From contig JANTHO010000001.1 of the NCBI GenBank assembly GCA_024762335.1, positions 805-64,804 on the forward strand: 64,000 bases of DNA. The letters run 5' to 3'. Positions 45,765 to 59,100 of this stretch are shown piece by piece. A program made the translations under genes and the position numbers. Numbering within the stretch: position 1 is the first letter of the stretch; the number at the start of each line of letters is the position of its first letter. The stretch comes from Acidimicrobiia bacterium (GTDB taxonomy: Bacteria; Actinomycetota; Acidimicrobiia; Spongiisociales; UBA5794). The notes under the pieces are model-generated. The model did no database searches, was not told the origin of the DNA, and saw only the letters and a program-made list of their open reading frames with translations.

Positions 45765-46189
45765 TCATCCCCGACGTCAATCTACTGATCTACGCAATCG
45801 ACTCGAACAGCCCCCATCGTCCGGCCGCGAGTTCGTGGCTCCGGGACATCCTGTCGAGCCTCGAGACGGTTGCCTTTCCGTGGCACTCCCTTCTCGGCTT
45901 CCTCCGCATTACAACGAACGCCCGGATCTTCGCGACGCCGCTTCCCATCGAAGCAGCGCTCGAGATCATCGACGGCTGGATGGATCAGCCCAACTCCACG
46001 ATCGTCTACCCGACCGACCGACACGCCGCTGTTCTACGCGATCTCCTCACACCGATCGGCATCGCCGGTGATCTGACGTCTGATGCGCATTTCGCGACGC
46101 TTGCAATCGAGCACGGTGCGACACTGCACTCCGCCGACACCGACTTCGCCCGATTCCCGGGACTGCGGTGGCACAACCCGCTCGCCTGA
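45761..46189 (+). CDS. vapC: VapC PIN-domain ribonuclease toxin
   Basis: 142 aa. MIIPDVNLLIYA supplies the first acidic residue. ...SDAHFATLAIEHGATLHSADTDFARF supplies the distal Asp residues of the PIN fold. Confidence 0.8.
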   Translation: MIIPDVNLLIYAIDSNSPHRPAASSWLRDILSSLETVAFPWHSLLGFLRITTNARIFATPLPIEAALEIIDGWMDQPNSTIVYPTDRHAAVLRDLLTPIGIAGDLTSDAHFATLAIEHGATLHSADTDFARFPGLRWHNPLA

Positions 46190-46191
46190 CG

Positions 46192-46806
46192 TCACCCCTG
46201 CCTGAACGGCGGTTCCATACCCGTGAGGAACCGGTAGGCCTCGGCGAGCTGCCCGGGTTCGTGATCCGGAATCGTGATCATCGTCAACTCGCGGTCCATC
46301 AGCGTCCAAGCGATGATCTCCGCGGCGTGCTCGCTGCCCCGCTCCGCCCACCTTCCTCCGGACCACGACGGGCAGTTGCGATACGCTGCGAATGCCTCCC
46401 GCTGCTCGTCGGTGAGCGCCGAGCGGGCCCAGACGTGGGCGAGTTCGTGTAGTACCGCCCGCTTTGCGACCACCTCACCAGCGTCCGGCGCCGGGCACAG
46501 CTCCACGCTCTCCACGGATCCGCCGTGTATGGACAGACCGGTATTTCCGTTACAGGGTTCCTTGGTCGCGTGAATCGAGATCCTCACCGGTGGGAGGACA
46601 AGACCGGCCGACGAGAATCTCGTTCGCGCCCATTTCGCGAGACTCGGTTCTCCCCAGCGCACTCCCGAAGGGTTCGACCTCACCTGCTCGGCCCCTACGA
46701 CACGCGCCCCGTCCACCGGTACCGGGCCGGTCGACGTCAAGGTTCCATAAGCGCCCCCGCCGATGATCCCGATGATCAGAGCGACGGCGGTGGCCGAAGC
46801 TCTCAT
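46192..46806 (-). CDS. Secreted hypothetical protein with an HExxH motif (possible zinc metallopeptidase)
   Basis: 204 aa. An N-terminal hydrophobic signal or anchor is followed by AVLHELAHVW (HExxH). No further family assignment is possible by eye. Confidence 0.5.
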   Translation of the reverse strand: MRASATAVALIIGIIGGGAYGTLTSTGPVPVDGARVVGAEQVRSNPSGVRWGEPSLAKWARTRFSSAGLVLPPVRISIHATKEPCNGNTGLSIHGGSVESVELCPAPDAGEVVAKRAVLHELAHVWARSALTDEQREAFAAYRNCPSWSGGRWAERGSEHAAEIIAWTLMDRELTMITIPDHEPGQLAEAYRFLTGMEPPFRQG

Positions 46807-46938
46807 GCTTCAACCATTGCGCCGCGCCCTTAGGGATTCCCAAAGCCTCGCTCTAGATTTCCTCTACGCCACAAATCAACGGCGACGGCCCCCAGATATC
46901 CTTGTCCTGGGCCGGGCCGTGTCGTCGCTACCCCCGAG

Positions 46939-48287
46939 TCAGTCAATCGCGGTGCGGAGTTCTTCGATCTGCTCGGCGACCGAAGTGAACGAGCCGCCTC
47001 GCGGCGATTGTCTCGCCTCAACGGAGCCCTGCGGGTCCAGAAGGTCGAGATCCTCGGGAACGAGTCTCGGGTGAGTGGCCTCCAATTCGCCAGCGGTCAC
47101 CGTTGTGAAATCTCTTCCCTCTGCCTTCAATCGTGCCACCAGTTCCCCGACGGCGTGATGGGCTTCGCGGAACGGCACACCCCGGGCGACCAGCGCTTCG
47201 GCCAGGTCCAATGCGACGACCCACGACGACGGCGCCGGCGGGTCGAAGTGGGCGGTCTCGATCATGCCCGAAAGCGCTGAGAGCGCCGTTGTCAGCACGT
47301 CGTCGGTGTGGAAGACGGCCCGCTTGTCCTCCTGGAAGTCCCGGTTGTACGAGAGTGGCAGCCCCTTCTGGAGTGCGAGAAGTCCGGTCAGGTCGCCGAT
47401 CACCGTCGCCGTCTTCCCGCGGGCGAGCTCGGCAATGTCGGGGTTCTTCTTGTGCGGAAGTGCCGACGACCCCGTCGTGTATGCATCCGCAAATTCGGCC
47501 CAGCCAAACTCCGCCGTCGACCAGAGGACCAGTTCCTCGGACAGGCGCGACAGATGCGTCAACGTCTGCACGGCGCAGAACACGTATTCGGAGGCGAAGT
47601 CACGTGAGGACACCGCGTCGAGCGAGTTCCCAAACGTCGCATGGAATCCCAACCGGTCGGCCACGAGCGCCGGATCGAGCGGAAGAGCGCTACCGGCCGA
47701 AGCACCGGCACCGAGCGGAGATACGTCGATCCGTTCCCTCGCCTCGATGAACCGGTCGGCGTCACGCATCAGCATCCAGGCGTATGCGAGCAGATGGTGG
47801 GCGAACGGAATCGCCTGAGCCTGCTGGAGGTGCGTGTACGACGCAACGACGGTGTCGCCTGCGGATTCGGCCCGATCGACGAGTATCCGCACGAGATGTT
47901 GGATCTGCTCGACCCGGTGATCGACCGCACGGCGGAGATAGAGGCGGAGATCGAGCGCGATCTGATCGTTGCGCGAACGACCGGTGTGAAGCCTCCCTGC
48001 ATCGTCTCCGGTCAACTCGCCGAGACGGCGCTCGACCGCGGTGTGGACGTCTTCATCCGTGTCGCGGAACTCGAACCGTCCGGCGTGTGCTTCCTCGAGA
48101 ATCTGCTCGAGACCCGCTTCGATCCGCTCGACCGCATCACCCGAGAGCAGTCCCACCTCGCCGAGCATGAACACGTGAGCGAGCGAACCCGTGACGTCAT
48201 CGACGAGGAGGCGTCGATCAGATTGGTCGGTTGTGAACCGCCAGAGTGTCTCGTCCGGTCCGGAGGCGAACCTCCCACCCCAAAGCG

Positions 48288-48291
<4 letters not shown>
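46939..48291 (-). CDS. argH: Argininosuccinate lyase
   Basis: [16 protein letters not shown] and the [12 protein letters not shown] fumarate-lyase signature are present. Confidence 0.95.
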
Positions 48292-49505
<1,214 letters not shown>

Positions 49506-49506
49506 G

Positions 49507-49956
49507 TCATACTCCTTCGATCTCGGCGGCCACCGCCGCCGCTCCAACGGTTTCGTCAACTGCTATGAACACGGTGTCGTCACCGGCGACCGTGCCGAGA
49601 ACGCCCACCATCCCGGCCGCATCGACCCTGCCTGCAACGAGATGGGCCGCCCCCGGGGGTACCCGCAGCACGACGAGCGAACCGGTCGAGATCACCGATT
49701 CGACGAACTCGTTCACCGTGGCCCGCAGCGCCGATCGTGCTCGCCTGATCTCGACCGGATCCTGGATCTGGTATCGAACAGTGTCGCCGTCCCGCACCTT
49801 CGCGGCGCCGATCGCTTCGAGATCTCGCGAGATCGTGGCCTGGGTCACATCGTGGCCGGCATGTTCGAGAAGACGGCGGAGTTGGGCCTGACTCTCGATC
49901 GACCGTGTGGTCACCAGCCGGGTGACGAGACGTCTCCGTGCTTCAGAGGTCGTCAC
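49507..49956 (-). CDS. argR: Arginine repressor
   Basis: GTG 49956 overlaps the argB stop (GTGA). [30 protein letters not shown] forms the winged helix. The C-terminal [11 protein letters not shown] is the arginine-binding-domain motif. Confidence 0.85.
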   Translation of the reverse strand: MTTSEARRRLVTRLVTTRSIESQAQLRRLLEHAGHDVTQATISRDLEAIGAAKVRDGDTVRYQIQDPVEIRRARSALRATVNEFVESVISTGSLVVLRVPPGAAHLVAGRVDAAGMVGVLGTVAGDDTVFIAVDETVGAAAVAAEIEGV

Positions 49957-50858
49957 GGCACCGGCTCCTTCGTAATCATGGTTCCGATTCCTTCCGGCGT
50001 GAATACTTCGAGGAGGACGGCATGCTGGACCCGACCGTCGAGGATGTGGACGCGTTCGACCCCTTCGTCGATCGCCCTCACACATGACTCCAGTTTCGGG
50101 AGCATGCCGGACGTGACCGTTCCTGAGGCGAGAAGTTCTCTGATCCCCTGTTCGGTGGATCGCGAGATGAGTGAGTCCTCGCGTCCGAAGACCCGGTACA
50201 GGCCCTCGACATCCGTGAGATAGACGAGCTTCTTCGCACCCAACGCGCTCGCCAGTGCTCCCGCAGCGGTGTCGGCGTTCACGTTGTACACCTCCCCGTC
50301 CTCGCCTCGTGCGATGGGTGCAACGACGGGCACGAAGCCCTGGCCGAGCAGGCTCGACACGATTCCCGGGTTGACCCGGGTGATCTCGCCGACGAATCCG
50401 AGGCGCTCGTCCCGTGCCCTGGCGACGAACAGGTTCCCGTCGAGTCCGTTGACCCCTGTGGCGACGGATCCGTGGGCGTTCACGAGTCGCACGATGTCCG
50501 GGTTGATCTCACCTGCGAGGGTGGCCTGCACTACCCGCATGGTCTCCGCGTCGGTCACCCGAAGGCCTTCCAGCCACTGCGGCTCCACTCCACGCTGATG
50601 CATGGCCTCGCTGATGCGGGGGCCGCCGCCGTGCACGATGATCGACTTGATGCCGACGTAGTGGAGCATCGCGACGTCGTCGGCGAAGCTGCTGCGCAGA
50701 GCGTCGTCGACCATCGCCGATCCACCGTACTTGATGACCACCGTCGTGTCGCGATATGCCTTGATAAACGGGAGGGATTCGGAGAAGATCCGGGCTTTCC
50801 CCATGGTCTTGGCGATTCTCGACTTTCCCCGATCCGGGGCGGTGTGTCCCGTGCTCAT
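49953..50858 (-). CDS. argB: Acetylglutamate kinase
   Basis: VIKYGGSAM, IVHGGGP and NVNADTAAGALA motifs are present. Confidence 0.95.
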   Translation of the reverse strand: MSTGHTAPDRGKSRIAKTMGKARIFSESLPFIKAYRDTTVVIKYGGSAMVDDALRSSFADDVAMLHYVGIKSIIVHGGGPRISEAMHQRGVEPQWLEGLRVTDAETMRVVQATLAGEINPDIVRLVNAHGSVATGVNGLDGNLFVARARDERLGFVGEITRVNPGIVSSLLGQGFVPVVAPIARGEDGEVYNVNADTAAGALASALGAKKLVYLTDVEGLYRVFGREDSLISRSTEQGIRELLASGTVTSGMLPKLESCVRAIDEGVERVHILDGRVQHAVLLEVFTPEGIGTMITKEPVP

Positions 50859-52015
50859 GACCGCTCCGAGTTGAAACGCACGTAGTCGGGGGTGAGGTCG
50901 GTGGTGAAGACCCTGGCGGTACCGGGTCCGACACCGACGCTGATCGCGACCCCGAAGTCGCCGCTCATCGCACGGCTCACCGTGTCCTCATCGAAGTGGA
51001 TCCCGACGCCTTCTCTCGCCACGGTAGTTCCGGCGAACGCGATCGATACGTCGTGGAAGTCGACCTCCTCGTCGACCTCGCCGAGTGCGCCGATGATCCT
51101 CCCCCAGTTCGGGTCGGCGCCGTAGAACGATGATCGGACCAGGATCGAGTCGGCGACGGATCGTCCGATTCTCCGCGCCGCTGCGTCGTCGATGGCGCCG
51201 GTGACGACGAGCGTCACGACACGCGACGCTCCCTCCGCGTCGGCAGCGATCCGCCGCGCAAGATCCACTGCAGCCCCGGTGAGTGCGGCAGCGAGATCCT
51301 CCGGTTCGGGAGCGAACCCGGATGCCCCGGATGCCATCACGATGACCGAGTCGTTCGTCGAGGGACATCCGTCGACGTTGAGGGCATGGAACGAATAGTC
51401 GACGGCGATCCGGAGCGCCTCGTCGAGAACTTCAGGTTCGGCGACTGCGTCGGTCGTGAGAACGACGAGCATGGTCGCCATATCGGGACGGATCATCCCG
51501 GCGCCCTTCGCCATCCCGCCGACGGTGAACCCGTCGGCTCGAACAACGACCTCCTTCGGCACCATGTCCGTCGTCATGATCGCCCTGGCTGCCTTCGTGC
51601 CGGACGCTTCATCGTCTCCCAGGTCGTCGAGGGCGGCTGCGACGCCGGCCGTCATGGCCTCAGGAGCGAGGTGCGGTCCGATCATGCCGGTCGAGCAGAC
51701 GAGTACCTCTTCCGGAGAGCATCCGAGGAGCTCTGCCGTCCGATTGGCCGTCAACTCGGCGACCGCCCGACCGCGTTCCCCCGTGGCTGCGTTTGCGCAC
51801 CCCGAGTTGAGCACCACGGCCCGGGCCGTCGGCGACGCTGCGAGGTGCCGTCGGGAGAGTCGAACGGGTGCGGCCGCCGCCATGTTGGTCGTGAATACGG
51901 CGGCCGCGGGTACCGGAGTTGTGGCCGAGACGATCGCGAGGTCGAGGATCCCGTTCTCCTTGATGCCTGCGGAGACTCCCGCTGCTTTGAAACCCTTCGG
52001 TGCGGTGACGCTCAT
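50855..52015 (-). CDS. argJ: Bifunctional glutamate N-acetyltransferase / amino-acid acetyltransferase
   Basis: ATG 52015 overlaps the argC stop (ATGA) and gives MSVTAPKGFKAAGVSAGIK. The GMIRPDMATML autoprocessing region is present. Confidence 0.9.
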   Translation of the reverse strand: MSVTAPKGFKAAGVSAGIKENGILDLAIVSATTPVPAAAVFTTNMAAAAPVRLSRRHLAASPTARAVVLNSGCANAATGERGRAVAELTANRTAELLGCSPEEVLVCSTGMIGPHLAPEAMTAGVAAALDDLGDDEASGTKAARAIMTTDMVPKEVVVRADGFTVGGMAKGAGMIRPDMATMLVVLTTDAVAEPEVLDEALRIAVDYSFHALNVDGCPSTNDSVIVMASGASGFAPEPEDLAAALTGAAVDLARRIAADAEGASRVVTLVVTGAIDDAAARRIGRSVADSILVRSSFYGADPNWGRIIGALGEVDEEVDFHDVSIAFAGTTVAREGVGIHFDEDTVSRAMSGDFGVAISVGVGPGTARVFTTDLTPDYVRFNSERS

Positions 52016-53043
52016 GGCATCCATCCTTCCTGCGGTAGGCCGGTCGTTTCGGCCAGTCCGAGCATGATGTTCGCCGCCTGGACGGCCTGTCCGGAGGCTC
52101 CCTTGATCAGGTTGTCGATCGCCGAAATGAGCACCACCGTTCCGCTTCGGTCCTCGAAATGCACGGAGATGAGCGCCCGATTCGACCCGACGACCCACCG
52201 GGTCTCGGGGGAGCCGTCGACGATCGCGACGAACGGTTCGTCACGGTAGGCGGCGTCCAGAGCGGCCCCGATGTCGTCACCGGTGACCCCCTCGGATGCC
52301 CGGGCATAGATCGTGGTGAGAATGCCTCGTTGCATCGGCACGAGATGTGGAGTGAAGACGAGGCGAACCAGATCGACGGCGACATCGTCGAGCGCCCGCT
52401 CCATCTCCGGCCGGTGGCGATGGGCGAGCACCTTGTACGCCTTCGCCGACTCGTCGACGGCGCCGAATTGGAGGACAGCGCTCACACCCCGGCCGGCGCC
52501 GGAGACACCCGACATCGAGTCGACGACGATGCCGGTCGATTCGATGAGCATCCCGGCCATCAGCGGTGCGAGGGGGAGAATCGCAGACGTCGGGTAGCAG
52601 CCGGGAGATGCCACCCGATCGGTGGTCGCGATGGCCTCCCGATGGAGTTCCGGAAGTCCGTACACCCAGCGCCCCAGCTCCTCCGGGTACGGGTGCCGTA
52701 CGCCGTACGCGTCGGCATACCGTTCGGGGGTGTCGAGACGGAAGTCGCTCCCCAGATCGACGACCTTCGCTCCCTGGTCGAGCAACGCCATCGCCGGTTC
52801 GGCCGAAGCACCGTGTGGGAGCGCCAGGAACGCAAGATCGACGGACGGAGCGACCGCCGGGTCGTTCGATTCCAGCATCCGCTCCCCGCCGCGCAGGTGG
52901 GGATGGACGGATCCGAGTGTGCGTCCCGCTGCTGTGTGCGCTCCCAGGTACGCGATCTCGAAATCGGGGTGCCCGTCGACGAGACGGATCAGTTCACCGC
53001 CGGCGTAGCCGGACGAACCGAAGATGGCGATGCGGTAGGTCAT
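52012..53043 (-). CDS. argC: N-acetyl-gamma-glutamyl-phosphate reductase
   Basis: IAIFGSSGYAGGELIRL and the active-site ASPGCYPT are present. Confidence 0.95.
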   Translation of the reverse strand: MTYRIAIFGSSGYAGGELIRLVDGHPDFEIAYLGAHTAAGRTLGSVHPHLRGGERMLESNDPAVAPSVDLAFLALPHGASAEPAMALLDQGAKVVDLGSDFRLDTPERYADAYGVRHPYPEELGRWVYGLPELHREAIATTDRVASPGCYPTSAILPLAPLMAGMLIESTGIVVDSMSGVSGAGRGVSAVLQFGAVDESAKAYKVLAHRHRPEMERALDDVAVDLVRLVFTPHLVPMQRGILTTIYARASEGVTGDDIGAALDAAYRDEPFVAIVDGSPETRWVVGSNRALISVHFEDRSGTVVLISAIDNLIKGASGQAVQAANIMLGLAETTGLPQEGWMP

Positions 53044-53063
53044 GGAGATTCCTCGTGCGAACG

Positions 53064-53086
53064 AGAAATATACGCATATTCATGTC
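53064..53086. promoter_or_regulatory. Candidate ARG box (ArgR operator) upstream of argC
   Basis: The AT-rich near-palindrome AATATACGCATATT lies within GAGAAATATACGCATATTCATGT, 21-43 nt upstream of the argC ATG. On the arg strand it reads CATGAATATGCGTATATTTC, which is similar to ARG-box half-sites (TGAAT/ATTCA type). Confidence 0.5.
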
Positions 53087-53133
53087 CTAATGCAAAGCCT
53101 GATCCCCGGGGGGGACCCTGTTGGACCGACCGT

Positions 53134-56100
53134 CTACTGTTCGCCCTCTTCGCGCCGTCTGGTAGCCAATCGCAGAATCGTTCCGACGGCGATGAGGAGC
53201 AACCCGATCAGGAGGAACCGACCGAGATCCGCTCCCGTCACCGGAAGAGATCGCTCCTGGAACCCGAAGTTCACATCCATGATCGTCTGGCCCTCCCCGA
53301 TCGACTGGGTCGTCTCGAGGTTGAGCGGTCCCGTCTTTGAATACGTCTGTTCGAGGTTCGACGGAATTGTTCCCTCGATGAGCCGCACCGTATACGTACC
53401 GGGGACGAGATCCGTGAACCGGTACTCGCCGCCGTTCGTCGTCGCAGTCGTGTCAATGACGTTTCCGAGCGCGTCGACCAGTTCGATGAGAACCCCGTCG
53501 ATGCCGGTCTCTCCGGGGTCGAGCAGACCGTTTCCGTTGGTGTCGACCCAGACCGTGCTTCCGAGGACGGCACTTCCCACGACGCCGTGTTCAACCGATT
53601 CGTGTCCGAGGGGCGGCAGGGTCACGTTCACGGTCTCGGGTGTCGTTGGGACGTAGTCGAGTGGAACGGTCGTCATGTCGATAACGGCCGCATATTCGCC
53701 GGCCGGCAGGTTGTCGCTCGACCAGTTCCCTGTGGCGTCGGTCACCACATCGAACATGATCGGACCATCCGGACCGTTCCAGGTGACATGGACCACCGCA
53801 TTCGGGATCCCCTCTTCTCCTGGATCCATCACGCCGTCGGCATTCTCGTCGTGCCACACAGTGCCTGAGAGCGAAGCAGAACCGACAACTCCGAAATCGA
53901 CGTCGATACGGTCCTCCGTCACCCCGAGGTCAACGGCCGCAGAGGCCGGATCCCCACCGTCCAGATCGCTGTTCGCGACGACTCCGGGCGGCAGTGTCCC
54001 TGTGTCCATTTCCACGGTGTAGCCACCACCGACGAGTCCGGGCACCGTGTAGTGCCCATCCGCATCCGTCGTGACCGGGAAGACGACGTCGTCACCGCCG
54101 CCGGGCAAGCCGTCGACACCCAGCCAGGTCACGGTGATGCCGACGCCAGCGACACCCGGTTCACCCGGACCCTGACTCGCGTCGCCGTCGACGTCGAGCC
54201 ATACCGTGTCCCCGACCGAAGAGGCTCCCCGGTAACCGAAGTCCTGATCCAGGTCGGTCCCTCCGGCGGCAAGGATTGGGCGGGATGTACCGTCGAACGT
54301 TCCGTCGGGATCCGCCGTCTGTGTCGCATCGGGTGGCAGGTCGGCTGCGTCTACGACGACTTCGTAGAGTCCGCCGGGCAGATGATCGGCCAGGTACGTC
54401 CCGTCGGCATCCGTCGTCACCGATACCGCGTAGTCGTCCGATGTTCCGAGGACACCGTCGACACCGGCCCACGTGACGGACACGTCTACGTTCGGGAATC
54501 CGGGTTCGCCCGGCCCCTGGGTCCCGTCACCGTCCACGTCCCAGTAGATCGTGTCTCCGATGCTCCCCGTGCCGTTGTATCCGAAATCGGCGGTGTCGTG
54601 GTTGGCGCCACCGGCGAGGCCGGTCACCGTGGTCGTCTGATCCGGTGATGTCGTGCCACTGTCCTCGTCGTAGGTGGGAGCCATCCCCACCGGCACACCG
54701 CCGGTCACATCTACCCGATAGTCCCCATCGGGAAGCGCCGGGAAACTGTAGAAACCGGCCGAATCGGTCGTCACCGGCGGCAACGACACATCGTCGGCCG
54801 TCCCGAACACGCCGTCGACCCCAGCCCACGTCAACGTCAACTCGACACCGGAAAGAGCGGGCTCCGTCGGATCCTGAACACCGTCGGCGTTCGCATCGAA
54901 CCAGACGGTGTCACCGATCGTGTTGTCCCCCACATACCCGAAATCGAGATCCAGGTTCGCGACACTCCCAGCCAACGTCACGTCGGCCGTCGAGTCGCCA
55001 CCACCGTCGTAGTCGAACGTGTTCGTCGCCGTGGAAGGCAACGACCCCAACACCGTCACCCGATAGTCACCATCAGGCAGATCCTCCACCAGATAGAGGC
55101 CATCAGCATCGGTCGTCTCGGTATACGTCACATCATCAGGAGTACCGAACACGCCATCGGCGCCGGCCCACACCACTTCGACGTCGACACCGGGAATCCC
55201 CGGCTCACCCGCATCCTGCACCCCGTCACCGTTCAGATCCCACCAGACGAAATCTCCGAGCGAACCCGAACCGCCATACCCGAAGTCCGCCGTCAAATGA
55301 GACTCACCCGCAGCCAACGCCACGTCGGTCTGCCCATCGAGATCCCCATCCTCATCGAACGTGTTATCCATCCCGGCAGGCAACGTCGACGCATCAACCG
55401 CAACCGAATAGTCACCCCGATTCAACCCGTCGAACAGATACTCCCCGTTCGCATCCGTCGTCTCCGTGAACACCACATCATCGGGCGTCCCCAACACCCC
55501 ATCGGGACCCGGCCACGTCAACAACACGTCAACACCGGCAATCCCCGGCTCACCCAGACCCTGAACACCATCACGATCCCTATCAAACCACACCGTATCC
55601 CCAACCAACCCATCACCGTTGTATCCGAAATCGGCGTCGGTGATGCTCTCACCGGCTCCGAGTGTGAGGTCGGTCGTACCGTCGGGTGTCCCGTCGCGGT
55701 CGAAGGTCGGATCCACGTCGGCCAGCGGCATGTCGGTCACCGCGACCGTGTAGTCACCGGCGGGGAGGTGGTCGACCAGGTACGACCCGTCCGGAGCCGT
55801 CGTCGTCACGTAGACGACGTCGTCCGCGTTGCCTGCGATCCCATCGAACCCGGCGAAGGTCACGGTGACCTGTGTCGAACCGATCCCCGGTTCGTCCGTT
55901 CCCTGGACACCGTCACCGTCGCGGTCGAACCACACCAGATCGCCGATGCTGCCCGTGCCGTTGTATCCGAAGTCGACGTCTCGTTTGGCTTCGTTGCCCG
56001 CGAGCGCTCCAGCCCAGGTTCCGTTCGGTGTCGCCGTGCCGCCGTCGAGGTCATACGTCGGCGCCATGCCGGCCGGAACGCCGCTCACCACGACCGTGTA

Positions 56101-59100
56101 GTTGCCGCCGGGAAGGTCCTCAACGAGATAGCCGCCCGCAGCATCCGTCGTCGTCGTGTGTACTTCATCGTCGCCGCCCGGAACTCCGTCGGGTCCGAGG
56201 TAGGTCACGGTGACGGTGGCATTCGGAATCGGCTGTTCGGTGGCGTCCTGGATCCCGTCGCCGTTGGCGTCGAACCAGACATAGTCACCGATCGAAGCAA
56301 GGTCGAGTTCGATCTCGGCGTTGTCGCTGTTGCCCGCGTATTCGCGGTGCCCGTCCCCCGGCGTGTGCGCGGCGACGGCCCAGTAGGAAGGGTTGCTCGC
56401 TGAATTCGTGATTTCGGGTCCGGAGAGGTTCTCATCGGCTTCGGTAGCGTTCCACACCTTCACGGTGTAGGTGATCGTGACAGCCTGACCGGCGGCGATT
56501 GGTCCGTCGATCCTCCACGAGAGCGTCCCGTCGGTCGGGTTGCCATCGGTGACCGTGTAGGCGATGCCGTTGTCAACACCGTCGACGATGCTTGCTGCAG
56601 AGACCGCGTTGCCGCTCGGGATCGTGATCGTGTCGGTGACCGATGCGTCGTACGCAGACCAGTTTCCATTGTTCGTCAGCGTGATTTCGTAGGTGAGGTC
56701 CTCGTTCGGAAGCGCCCTGCGAGCGTCGACCGGCGTGGCTCCGTCCAACACGTGCTTGGTGAGCACCAGGTGGGGTTCTCGCACCGCGACATCCGCCGTC
56801 GCCGGCGTTCCGACTACGTCGTAGTTCGGCGCATCCGGCACTTGCGTGACGTTTCCAAGCGTGTCGATCTGGTTGGCATAGACGTTTACCGTGTTCGTGA
56901 GGGTCGCACCATCGATGGCCGCCGCCACGTCGTCGACGTACGCGTCATAGACGAAAGTGACGACCCGGTTGACGGGGCTCGTCGTGTCGAGATCGCCGAG
57001 GAACCACCCGACGTCGTTGCCGTTCGGTGTGAGTTCGATCGGCGTGATCGGAACCGAGCACGGCGTGCCCGAACCGCCGACGCCTTCTTCACACAACGTC
57101 GAAACGGTGTAGCCGGGGCTTGTGACGCCGATACCCGACGGGAGCATGTCGATGACGGTCACGTCGTATTGCACGGTGCCGGCCGGAAGGACCACCTCAA
57201 CGGTGTACTGCACCGGTTCGCCGACGGTCTGGATTCCGGGGGTCACGGATTTCGTGATCGACGACTGTGGCGCTATCAGCGTGTCCTGGTCGGTGTCTTG
57301 ATAGCCGCTGGTGAGCCCCCCGTTCGGGGACGTGTAGTCGCGTTCGCCCGAAGGTGTGCCCGCCATCGACGATCCACCGACCCATGCGGTGTTCGTGAAC
57401 GTGTCGTCGGTGATGATGGGATCGGGGAACGTCGCGTCGTACGTGAGCGTGATCGCCGCACCACGATCGAGAGCGAGCAGCGCCGCATCGCCGAAACTGT
57501 TCCAGGTGATGACGTCCGGGTTCAAGTCCGCACATGTTCCGCCATGTGAGACGTTCGAGATATCGGTACATTCGAGACCGGCCGGCAGTGTGTCGGTGAC
57601 GACGAGATCATGGGCGCGGGAGACGTATGAGATTCCATCGTCGTTCGTGATGAGAAGGCTGTAGCCGACGATCTGTCCTGGAGCGACCACGCCGTCGGCA
57701 TCATCGTCGGTCTTGGAGACGGTGAGGTTCGGTTCGACGACCCTGGTTCCCCTTGCGCTCGTAATCCTGTTCGTGCGGCCGGCGCTGTCCCTCCATTCCT
57801 GTTCGGCTCTGTTTCGGCGCCAAACTCCACGGACGTTGCTGGGGTGATCGAGCATCGTCGCCGAGAAGGTCAGGACAACCGTGTCGTCGCCGCTGTTCGG
57901 AAGATTCGTGTAGGTCGCCGGATAGCCAACGGTGATCTGACCGCCGGAGTCGTCAATCGTCCATCCGGGTGGCAACGCTCCCCCGTTGAGTGTTGCGGCG
58001 GCACTCCCTGCGACGTACCCGAGGGTGTTCTCGTCGTAGTCATCCGTGAGGAGCCCTGAGTACACCGTGGTGCCTTGGGGAATCGTGACGGTCACGGTGT
58101 AGTCAACCTGCTCCCCGATTGTGGCCTGGCTGGTCAGGGTGTTGCCGGATTCGTCGATCGTCGTAAGCCGGGTCTTCTCGATGTCAAGGTTCTCGGTCGT
58201 CAACGTCCAATCGTCTCTGGCGCGATCCGTGTTCGCAGCGGACTCCTGTGTCGGGTCGATGTTGTCGGCGGGAACGTAGACATAGCGTGCGCCCGCGCCC
58301 GTATTGACGGCTGTCACGTACTGACGAACGCCGGCTTCGTTGACGAACGTCTCGTTGGCTCCCACCCCCGCCGGGATCGTCACCGTATACGTGAGATCGG
58401 CCGAGTCGCCTGCGGCGATCGAAGGGATCGTCCACTCGATGCGATCGGGCGTGGGTGACGTATTGCATGCGCCTCCCCCGCTGATCGTCGAGACGGTCGT
58501 GCACTCGAGGCCGACCGGGAGCACGTCCCACACCTCGACGTCGAGCGCTTCGACGTTGCCGGCGTTGGGAACCGCGATTGTGAAGGCGACCGCGTCGCTG
58601 CCCTGAACGACGGTGTGGTCGGCGCTCTTGCCGATGCCCACAACGGGTGCCCCCCACTCGGCGGCGGCGTCGTCACGCAGTTGATACGCGTCGCCGTCGG
58701 TGTTCTTGCCACCGAACTTCATGAGGTTGCCGAGCAGATCGCCCGGACCGTTGCCGGTTGGACCGGTGATCGTTGTCGAGACCACGGCCTCGAATACTGC
58801 GTCCGGATTCGTGTTCGTGGCGTTGTCGTCGAGGGACCAGCGGAGATAGCCGGCGCCGGCGTTCGAACCGTCGAAGGTGATGTTTGCCGTGTCGGCTGTG
58901 TTGTGCTCACCGTACGCCCATGACTCATAGGCAAAACCGTCGGGGAGGTAGTCCTGGACGGCATAGTCGTCGCCGTAGAGGTGGTTTCCGGTGACCGTGA
59001 GTCGCCAGCACACCCGGTCGCCCGGGCCATAGGTCCCGGCCGAGACGGCATTCCAGTTCGAGATCGGCGAACCGTTCCCACATGACGTGACCGTGCCCCC

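Noticed and set aside
53480-56295. Regular ~345-nt periodicity, considered as a CRISPR or satellite array
   Set aside because: The period is far too long for CRISPR and the units are diverged. The whole region is one open reading frame encoding SdrD-B/Cna-B-like protein repeats.
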